Shown here one piece after another: positions 48,984 through 56,343 of a stretch of DNA of 57,946 bases (positions are counted from its first letter, which is position 1; the number at the start of each line of letters is the position of its first letter). A program made the translations under genes and the position numbers. The notes beneath the pieces were generated by a model, which saw nothing but the letters and a program-made list of their open reading frames with translations, was not told the origin of the DNA and searched no databases. Source of the stretch: Candidatus Parcubacteria bacterium (GTDB taxonomy: Bacteria; Patescibacteriota; Minisyncoccia; Phycocordibacterales; PALSA-1337); assembly GCA_028286835.1 (NCBI GenBank), contig JAQBQT010000011.1:71246-129191 (forward strand). Reading direction: 5' to 3'.

Positions 48984-49132
48984 GGCTCGATCATTTGCAC
49001 ATTAACACTCAGGAACAGGTTAATAACAGTGCTTGGGGTCACATGCTGGGAATGGAGTACGGGTATACAAGTATATGTTATTTAAGTTATTAATAATGAA
49101 TATAAAGACAAACAGGAGTATGCTTTGAAATT

Positions 49133-50197
49133 ATGACTCTTATTATGGGTTTAAACTTCAGCCATAAGTTGTATCTAGCCGGAGATACCCGAGTAACAAG
49201 GACTGAACCAGGGAAAGAGCCCATTTCAATCGACAATATTGCAAAAATCGTCCCGATATGGGGAAAGCAGATACTTGGTCAGGCTTTTTATGACAAGAAC
49301 ACAATTGCATTAGCTGTGGCTGGAGATTTACACTTTGCATCTTTTATTAAGGAAAAGGTAACGAATGCCTTAAACAAAAAAGAACTCAATTCGAACATAA
49401 GGGTTTTTTCCACTCAAATAAAAGAATACTTGAGAACTGCAACTGACGAGTGGCTCCTAGATCATGAATATTCCAATTGCGCTTTAATATTTGCTGGAAT
49501 GAATTTAAGGGCTCGTAAAAAAATCTCACAAGAAAAATTGGATGAATTACTTGCGCAACATGAACAACAACGCGAAAAAGATAAGCCTTCTCGTGATCGT
49601 TTTATCAAAGAAGTACTTCCCACAAATCCTACTTGGCAAGCAATGGAGGCAAAACTACTCCAACAAAGAGGTAAAGGTGTGGAAGAAATGATAAAGGAGG
49701 GTGACATTCCAAAGATTAGTCCCTGGATACAAAAGGCTATTGATGAAAAAACAAATGAAATCGATATGCCTGATTCACTCATCATTGGAATTGAAATAAA
49801 GCCACATCAAGGTATTTTTAACCAGCAGGAGGCCGAATGGGGAGAATTCATTGCTTATGGGGCTGGTTTAACAAAAAATGATCTCAACCAATCAATGATG
49901 GCCGTTCTAGAATTTAGTCACATAAAAGAGGAGGATAACCCTAGGCTTCTTGAAGGGGCTATATTAACAAGTGAAATTTTGGATACTGCAAAAAACAAAA
50001 AAATCGGATCAATAGGAGGAACTGTGCTGTTATACAGCTTAGAAATGGACGGTCAGATGAGGATTTCAGGAAAAGATGTAAAGTTTAACAATCCAGGAGA
50101 ACCGATATCTCTTAAACTAATGGGTCAAGATGTTCCACTAATAATGTTCCATCAATACCCCAAAATCCCTAAGGGTCCTGAGACGATGGAAATGTAG
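49133..50197 (+). CDS. Ntn-hydrolase / proteasome-beta-like protein with a large helical insertion
   Basis: M-T-LIMGL start, LAGDTRVT, AKI, AVAGD, LIFAG, FIAYGAG, SIGGTV. Markedly AT-rich. Confidence 0.65.
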   Translation: MTLIMGLNFSHKLYLAGDTRVTRTEPGKEPISIDNIAKIVPIWGKQILGQAFYDKNTIALAVAGDLHFASFIKEKVTNALNKKELNSNIRVFSTQIKEYLRTATDEWLLDHEYSNCALIFAGMNLRARKKISQEKLDELLAQHEQQREKDKPSRDRFIKEVLPTNPTWQAMEAKLLQQRGKGVEEMIKEGDIPKISPWIQKAIDEKTNEIDMPDSLIIGIEIKPHQGIFNQQEAEWGEFIAYGAGLTKNDLNQSMMAVLEFSHIKEEDNPRLLEGAILTSEILDTAKNKKIGSIGGTVLLYSLEMDGQMRISGKDVKFNNPGEPISLKLMGQDVPLIMFHQYPKIPKGPETMEM

Positions 50198-50288
50198 ATT
50201 GATGACAGAAAAAGCGGCTTTGAAACCGCTATTCTGTCCCTGCCTCTCAGGGTATTTATCCTCCCAGAGGCTCAAAAAGGGGTGCTAG

Positions 50289-50651
50289 TGGAGATGGCGG
50301 GAATCGAACCCGCGTGCAATCGAGGCTGTCCGGACGGTTCTACGACGGTAGTCATCTTTGTGGTTTAGTGAACGGACTCAAAAGAAGACAAAACGCACAT
50401 TCACGATCTCTATGGTTCGGGTAGTAAGGTGAGAAACCCTACTGCCCTACATCCAGGTTATGACATCGCACTAAGGTCAGGATCCCCCTAGATTGACGCG
50501 CACTACTTAAGCGAGTGCGAATGCAAAGTCCTTGGCTCCGAAATACGGAGATACGGTGTTTTTAGCATTTCGAGTTTCCAACGGATTAACGAGTCGCTGG
50601 TGCTCGCGCCGCGCGAACGGAAGCCGGCAATTGTCTATGCCGATCATCCCC
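50289..50651 (-). ncRNA. ssrA: tmRNA
   Basis: 5' GGGGATG pairs with 3' CATCTCC-A with a G3-U70 wobble. T-arm GCGGG-TTCGATT-CCCGC. Internal tag ORF 50566-50507. Adjacent to smpB. Confidence 0.96.
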
Positions 50652-50679
50652 ATGAGTTTTCAACGATCTGCCTGACCGA

Positions 50680-51126
50680 CTATCTGTCGTTCATAGCCCT
50701 TCGGGCTTCCCTGGCGGTCTCGCGGTCCTTCGTCGAAGCGCGCTTGTCATGCTGCTTTTTGCCGCGGACCACGGCCACCGAGACTTTCACCAAAGGACCT
50801 TTATTATATATAGAAATTGGCACTATTGTCAAACCGCGGCCCTCCTCGAGATGGGCCAGGCGGTGGATCTCTTTCTTCGTGAGGAGCAGGCGGCGATTCC
50901 TGCGCGGCTCATAGCCTTTCGGCGTGTTCTTTTCCTGATACGGCGGCACGAATACATTCACGGCATACGCCTCTCCTCCGCGGACGATCACATGCGAGCC
51001 GTCGAGCGATCCCTGCCCATTCTTCAGGGACTTCACTTCATGGCCGGAAAGCTCCAAACCCGCCTCGAATGTTTCGAGGATTTCGAAGTTGAAACGGGCC
51101 TTTTTGTAGTCGACTAATGACGTCAT
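50680..51126 (-). CDS. smpB: SsrA-binding protein
   Basis: YKKARFNFEILETFEAGLELSGHEVKSL, RKLLL-like RRLLLTKKEI, VRGKKQHDKR. Confidence 0.97.
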   Translation of the reverse strand: MTSLVDYKKARFNFEILETFEAGLELSGHEVKSLKNGQGSLDGSHVIVRGGEAYAVNVFVPPYQEKNTPKGYEPRRNRRLLLTKKEIHRLAHLEEGRGLTIVPISIYNKGPLVKVSVAVVRGKKQHDKRASTKDRETAREARRAMNDR

Positions 51127-51151
51127 GGGTGATATCGTACCATAGAATATT

Positions 51152-52246
51152 ATGACTTCCCCGACCCAGTGGTCCCTCTACGCATCCAACGAAGAAGCGT
51201 GGGCTGCCATCCTCGCCGACTGCGCCGCTGCGCAGGAATCCATCGTGCTCGAGCAGTTCATATTCACCGTCGACAGCTTCGGACAGAACCTCATCGATGT
51301 GTGCACTGAGCGCGCCGCCAAAGGCGTCAAAGTGCGCTTCCTCTGGGATGCCGCGGGAAGCTTCAGCGTCTTCGGCTCCAATATCGCGGCCGATCTGCGC
51401 TCCAAAGGAATCGAGCTCGTCTTCTGGAGGACGCTCATTCCCGCCTATCTCAAGATCCCGAATATCCGCTCGTGGTTCCTGAGGAATCATCGCCGCACGC
51501 TCGTCATCGACCAGAAGATCGGCTACACAGGGAGCATCTCCATCCGGGACAGCATGCGTGGCTGGCGGGACACCAATGCGCGCTTCGTGGGGCCGGTCGT
51601 GGTCCAGATGCAGAACGCCTTCGAGAATATGTGGGCGCGCGCAACCAAGCTCAGACATCCGCGGATCCGCAGAGTCCAGCAGGATCCTGAATTCGCGTAC
51701 GAAACCAATTCCCCGTCTCCCGGCAAGCGCCGCATGTACCGCACGCTCGTCGAAGCGATCAGGAATGCGCGCACGTATATCTATCTCACCACCCCGTATT
51801 TCGTGCCGACGAGAAGGCTCGCCCGCGTCATCCGCCTTGCGGCCCATCGCGGCGTCGACGTCCGGCTCATGGTGCCGGATCGCACCGACCACTACCCTTC
51901 GCTCGATCTGGGCGCACGCTCGTTCTTCACCTCTCTCCTCAATTCCGGCGTGCGCATCTTCCTGTACCCGAATAAGGACGGCACGTCCCTCATTCACGGC
52001 AAGACGGTCGTTATCGACGGCACCTGGGCAACCATCGGCTCCCTCAATCTGGACAATGTGAGCCTGCTCTATAACTTCGAGGCCAATATGGTCTCCAGCA
52101 ATCCGCGCTTTGCCGAAGAATTGGAGGCGCATTTCATTCACGACATGAGCGTATCCGCCGAAGTCATGCGGGATGTCTGGAAAAGCCGCTTCTTCCTGGA
52201 ACGCCTGCCTGAATATGCCATAAAGGCGGTCAGAAGGTTCCTCTAA
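51152..52246 (+). CDS. Phospholipase D superfamily protein, cardiolipin synthase-like, no N-terminal TM
   Basis: LEQFIF, GVKVRFLWDAAGS, first motif NHRRTLVID, YLTTPYFVP, second motif IHGKTVVID...GSLNLD...NFE. Confidence 0.85.
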   Translation: MTSPTQWSLYASNEEAWAAILADCAAAQESIVLEQFIFTVDSFGQNLIDVCTERAAKGVKVRFLWDAAGSFSVFGSNIAADLRSKGIELVFWRTLIPAYLKIPNIRSWFLRNHRRTLVIDQKIGYTGSISIRDSMRGWRDTNARFVGPVVVQMQNAFENMWARATKLRHPRIRRVQQDPEFAYETNSPSPGKRRMYRTLVEAIRNARTYIYLTTPYFVPTRRLARVIRLAAHRGVDVRLMVPDRTDHYPSLDLGARSFFTSLLNSGVRIFLYPNKDGTSLIHGKTVVIDGTWATIGSLNLDNVSLLYNFEANMVSSNPRFAEELEAHFIHDMSVSAEVMRDVWKSRFFLERLPEYAIKAVRRFL

Positions 52247-52344
52247 ACCAGGGCCGGGCAAAGCCGGAGTATAGGCCTGAAAAAGCTTGCGCACGGCCCA
52301 TACTCATGCTATAAATAACACCTGCATCCATAATCGTTCCTCAG

Positions 52345-52854
52345 TTGGCTATACGCGTCAAAATCAACCATCAAATCAAAGCGCCTGAAATGCGGGTAAT
52401 TACCGCAGATGGCGAAAACCTAGGAGTCATGCCGACTGGCAAGGCTCTTGAGGAAGCCCGTGCAAGGGGCCTTGATCTGATCGAGATATCCCCGACCGCA
52501 AAGCCGCCTATCGGAAAGATAATGGACTATGGCAAGTACCTTTACGACGAGAAGAAGAAGACCAAGTCAGCCCGTTCCAGGACCCAGACGACGGAAGTCA
52601 AAACCGTCCAGGTCAAGATAGGAACCGGCGAGCACGACCTCACCCTCAAAGCCAAGCGCGTTTCCGAATGGCTTGCCGAGGGCAACCGCGTGAAGATCGA
52701 CCTGTTCCTCGTGGGACGGTCGAAGTACATGGACTTCAACTTCCTGAAAGAAAGGCTCGAGCGCATCCTCAAGCTCATCACTGTCGATTACAAGATCGCA
52801 CAGGAGGCAGTCAAAGGACCGAAAGGCTTGACCATTTACGTAGAGAAGAAATAA
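52345..52854 (+). CDS. infC: Translation initiation factor IF-3, non-AUG start
   Basis: INHQIKAPEMRVI, GLDLIEISP, KIMDYGKYLY, VQVKIGTGEHD. First gene of infC-rpmI-rplT. Confidence 0.95.
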   Translation: MAIRVKINHQIKAPEMRVITADGENLGVMPTGKALEEARARGLDLIEISPTAKPPIGKIMDYGKYLYDEKKKTKSARSRTQTTEVKTVQVKIGTGEHDLTLKAKRVSEWLAEGNRVKIDLFLVGRSKYMDFNFLKERLERILKLITVDYKIAQEAVKGPKGLTIYVEKK

Positions 52855-52875
52855 GGATCATATAACACACGAATC

Positions 52876-53067
52876 ATGGCCATAAAAACCAACAAATCAT
52901 TTGCCAAGCGCTTCAAGGTCACCCGCACCGGAAAGATTTTGTCGCGCAAGCCGGGCCAGAACCATTTCAATGCCAAAGAGCGCAGCCGCACATCCATGAA
53001 CAAGAAGCGTATGGCGACGGTCACCATGGACAACAAGGCGAAGAGCCGCTTCCTGGTCAACCTATAA
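52876..53067 (+). CDS. rpmI: 50S ribosomal protein L35
   Basis: IKTNKSFAKRFKVTRTGKI...HFNAK. Confidence 0.96.
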   Translation: MAIKTNKSFAKRFKVTRTGKILSRKPGQNHFNAKERSRTSMNKKRMATVTMDNKAKSRFLVNL

Positions 53068-53106
53068 ATTCCCTATCAATTAACCCTAGATTTTTAATCA
53101 ACTTCC

Positions 53107-53457
53107 ATGACACGCGTAAAGAAAGGAGTAAATGCACTTAAGAACCGCCGCAATGTGCTGCGCCAGGCCAAGGGCTTCCGCTTCCGCCGTTCGACGAATG
53201 AGGCAGCAGCCAATGAGGCTCTCGCCCATGCAGGCGCCTACGCCTTCGCTCACCGCCGCGACAAGAAGGGCGATTTCCGCCGCCTCTGGAACGTGAAGAT
53301 CAACGCCGGCCTCCGCGCCATCGACGCCAAGCTCACCTACAGCAAGTGGATGGGCGCAGCCAAGAAGAAAGGCCTTCTCCTCGACCGCAAGGCCCTCGCC
53401 ACGCTCGCCGAGTTCAAGCCTGAGACATTCAAGCGCGTTGTCGAATCGGTTAAATAA
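53107..53457 (+). CDS. rplT: 50S ribosomal protein L20
   Basis: MTRVKKG, AKGF, AHRRDKKGDFRRLWNVKINA, LDRKALA. Confidence 0.97.
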   Translation: MTRVKKGVNALKNRRNVLRQAKGFRFRRSTNEAAANEALAHAGAYAFAHRRDKKGDFRRLWNVKINAGLRAIDAKLTYSKWMGAAKKKGLLLDRKALATLAEFKPETFKRVVESVK

Positions 53458-54010
53458 TAGACTTCGCGAAGTCTGACAGATGAGTGCCGACGAGAACTGC
53501 GTCGGCATTTTTGTTGATGTCGGAGATAGTGCGGATATTGCTTGCCTGACAGAGCCAGCCCGGAAATGCTGCGCGAGCTTGGTCAAAGGTCTTGCCTTTA
53601 AGACCCCCGGTCGCGAGGTCACGGCTGTTCCATACAGCTTTCATGTCAGACGATATCTGCTTAAGCTCTTCGATGATGTTGGGCTCAATGAGGCACTTCC
53701 CTACATGGACTCGCGGGATGCGTCCGACCACGAGCACCCAGTCAGCTCCGGCTTGTATAGCTCGCACGATCAGATCGTCAGTCGCATGAATTCCTTTCGC
53801 TAGAATGGGCTTGCCCGTAAGCGCCTTCGCTTTCTTGATCAGTTCGAACGATCCATTCCAACGAGGGTCGGTATGTATGGAAATGATATCCCCTATTTCA
53901 TTGGCGATCTTGAATAATTCGTCCCAGCTTTTATCCGATACATATCCAAAGGGCGAATGTGTTTTAACTTCAGCGATCACAGAAATGTCCTTATCTCCTA
54001 CGCGGATCAT
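53450..54010 (-). CDS. Truncated indole-3-glycerol-phosphate-synthase-like (TrpC-like) TIM barrel
   Basis: VIAEVKTHSP, ISIHTD, ILAKG, AGADWVLV, LIE, WNSRDL, ADAVLVG. Confidence 0.7.
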   Translation of the reverse strand: MIRVGDKDISVIAEVKTHSPFGYVSDKSWDELFKIANEIGDIISIHTDPRWNGSFELIKKAKALTGKPILAKGIHATDDLIVRAIQAGADWVLVVGRIPRVHVGKCLIEPNIIEELKQISSDMKAVWNSRDLATGGLKGKTFDQARAAFPGWLCQASNIRTISDINKNADAVLVGTHLSDFAKSII

Positions 54011-55392
54011 TTAAGTTCGTATCTCTTCAGCCTTTCCGGCATCATAGCCTTCACGCGGAGCTCGTCATTGAGGCGCTGGGCGAGATGCATGGAGGCGCCA
54101 GGCTCGCCCATAGCCACGTATACCTGCTTGAGACGGTCTGTGGCAGTCGCGACGAATTCCACCAAGTGGTCGCCGTCCTTATGCGCTGAGTATCCGTATA
54201 TGGTTTCTATATGAGCCCTCACGGTGATGTCCTGACCGTGGATGTGGACCTTCTTCGTGCCGTCCGCCAGCGCGCGGCCGAGCGAGCCCGGAGACTGGTA
54301 GCCCACGAGGAGCAGCGTGCTCGTGGCATCGGGCAGGAATCGCTCTTCATGGCTTATGACGCGGCCGCCGACTGACATTCCCGAACCGGCCAGAATGATC
54401 TTGGCGCCCTGAAGGTGCTCGATCGAACGAGACTCCCCTTGCGACATGGTGTATTGGAGTTTAGGGAAATCAAAGATGTCATCGCCATTCCTGATCTGCG
54501 CCTGGGCTGCGGGATTGAAGAGCTCGATGCTGTCGCGATATACGTCGGTGGCCTTGATGCCCATGGGCGAGTCCACGAATATCGGAACTGACGGGATCCT
54601 GCCCTGCTCGACCATATTGTTGAGCTCATAGAGGAGCACTTGGGTGCGATCGATGGAGAATGCAGGGATGACGAGCGTGCCGCCGCGGGCCAAGGCAGCC
54701 TTGATGATATTCTCGAGCTCCGCCGAGCGCGTTTCCCTGTCTTCATGATTCCTATCGCCGTAGCAGCTTTCCATGACCATATAGTCTACGTCGCCCACGG
54801 TCTCGGTATCTCGGAGGAGTGGTGCCGGTGAATTTCCCAGATCGCCCGTGAATAGGATCTTGGTTCCCTGCGAATCCTTGAGAGTGACCTCGATCATCGT
54901 CGAGCCGAGAATGTGGCCGGCATCTTTGAGATATATTGAAACATCGGGTGCGATTTCAGTCTGCGTATGATATTCGACGGTCTTCCATTGCAGAAAGACA
55001 GGCGGCACGTCAGTCGCGAGATAGAGAGGGTCCCTTCCCTCACGTCGCGCCTCTTCGGCCAGAATGCCAGCGGCATCGGCCAGCACGAGCTCGGCAAGCT
55101 GCTTGGTCTGCGAAGTAGAATATATAGGGCCTTTGTATCCCTCCTTCACGAGCTTCGGGATGCGGCCCACGTGATCGAGATGGGCATGCGTGATGAGGAG
55201 TGCGTCTATCGAGGCAGGATCGTACGGGAACTTCTCGCGATTCTCTTCCTGGGCGACTCGCTCCCCTTGTACCATGCCGCAATCGATGAGGATCTTGGTG
55301 CCAGCAGGAGTTTCCAAAAGAAAGTTCGCGCCCGTGACCGTGCCTACGCCTGTCGCGAATAGGATGCTCGGCTTCTGTTGGGATTCATTCAT
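54007..55392 (-). CDS. MBL-fold metallo-hydrolase, beta-CASP family (RNA-processing nuclease)
   Basis: GVGTVTGAN, IDCG, THAHLDHVG, AGHILGS, FTGDLG, MESCYG, PAFSIDR, GSGM, YSAHKD. Start set to ATG 55392. Confidence 0.93.
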   Translation of the reverse strand: MNESQQKPSILFATGVGTVTGANFLLETPAGTKILIDCGMVQGERVAQEENREKFPYDPASIDALLITHAHLDHVGRIPKLVKEGYKGPIYSTSQTKQLAELVLADAAGILAEEARREGRDPLYLATDVPPVFLQWKTVEYHTQTEIAPDVSIYLKDAGHILGSTMIEVTLKDSQGTKILFTGDLGNSPAPLLRDTETVGDVDYMVMESCYGDRNHEDRETRSAELENIIKAALARGGTLVIPAFSIDRTQVLLYELNNMVEQGRIPSVPIFVDSPMGIKATDVYRDSIELFNPAAQAQIRNGDDIFDFPKLQYTMSQGESRSIEHLQGAKIILAGSGMSVGGRVISHEERFLPDATSTLLLVGYQSPGSLGRALADGTKKVHIHGQDITVRAHIETIYGYSAHKDGDHLVEFVATATDRLKQVYVAMGEPGASMHLAQRLNDELRVKAMMPERLKRYELK

Positions 55393-55446
55393 ACACTTAT
55401 TATACCCCGCCACACAGAAACACCCAGTGGGTGATTCTACTGAATC

Positions 55447-55480
55447 AAAAACACCACCTTCGCCTAGGGCGCGGTGATGT
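55447..55480 (-). terminator. Intrinsic terminator downstream of the putative 6S RNA
   Basis: ACATCACC-GCGCCCTAGGCGAA-GGTGGTGT followed by TTTT. Confidence 0.75.
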
Positions 55481-55487
55481 CTTCGGT

Positions 55488-55625
55488 AGGTTGCGAGTAT
55501 AATAACCTGTTTACACAGGTGGGTCTTCTCACGTCCAACGCCGAAGCGCGGATGAATATGAACAGCCGAACTGTTCGTCGAAGTCCCGTTAAAGTTGAAT
55601 TTGTAGTTTTTATACTACGCAACCT
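55488..55625 (-). ncRNA. ssrS: Putative compact 6S RNA
   Basis: Closing stem AGGTTGCGTAGTATAA / TTATACT-CGCAACCT. A/C-rich single strand, GGGACTTC/GAAGACCC internal stem, CCCACCTG-TGTAAA-CAGGTT hairpin, and UUCG and GUAA tetraloops. TACAAT -10 at 55637-55632 and a downstream terminator. Confidence 0.7.
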
Positions 55626-55680
55626 GTACCCATTGTAGACCTCTGGAGCGCGAGCGCAAGTGCCCCGATCCGTTCGGACA

Positions 55681-56304
55681 TTATTCGAGAATTCCGTCGA
55701 GATTGACGTCGTACAAAATCCCCTCCTGCACCAAACGGTAGTCTATGACCTCTTGAGGCTTGAACCAATGCGCTATCTCGTCTTCTGCCTCTTTGACCGA
55801 GCCCGAGGCATGCACGAGGTTGCGGATGGCGCGGCCATCCTGGTCAGTGAGGGCATAGGAATCGATGACAAAGTCTCCGCGGATGGTGCCCACATCAGAT
55901 GTAAGAGGCTCCGTGCCGCCCGTAAGCTTCCTCACGATCGATATCGCATGTGCGCCCTGCCAGACCATGACGATGGCCGGGCCCTTGGTCATGTAGTTGA
56001 CCAGGTTACGTAGGATCTTTTCGGTGACCTTGAGCGGATCAGTTTCCGGCGGAGTCATGCCCTTGTCGGTATAGCCTTTGATGGTCTTCACGCCGGTCTT
56101 CACGCGCCATTCGGGGTCGAGCGTATAGTGCTTCTCGATGAGCTCGGCTGTCGGCACCATCATCTTCATGGCGGCGAGTTTCATGCCCACGCGCTCGTAG
56201 CGGCCGATGATCTCTCCTATGAGGCTGCGCTGGATCCCGTCGGGCTTGATGATGACGAGCGTGCGTTCGAATTTCGGATGGTTATTGGATGTGGTGGATT
56301 TCAT
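55681..56304 (-). CDS. ndk: Nucleoside diphosphate kinase
   Basis: ERTLVIIKPDGIQR, GTIRGDF, RNLVHASGS. Confidence 0.96.
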   Translation of the reverse strand: MKSTTSNNHPKFERTLVIIKPDGIQRSLIGEIIGRYERVGMKLAAMKMMVPTAELIEKHYTLDPEWRVKTGVKTIKGYTDKGMTPPETDPLKVTEKILRNLVNYMTKGPAIVMVWQGAHAISIVRKLTGGTEPLTSDVGTIRGDFVIDSYALTDQDGRAIRNLVHASGSVKEAEDEIAHWFKPQEVIDYRLVQEGILYDVNLDGILE

Positions 56305-56343
56305 ACACGCATGATACGTGTAATAGCCGATGTATGCAAAATG

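Noticed and set aside
55488-55625. The structured RNA as a riboswitch controlling the beta-CASP gene
   Set aside because: It is followed by a terminator with no evident antiterminator, and the downstream gene has its own TATAAT 6 nt before its ATG.
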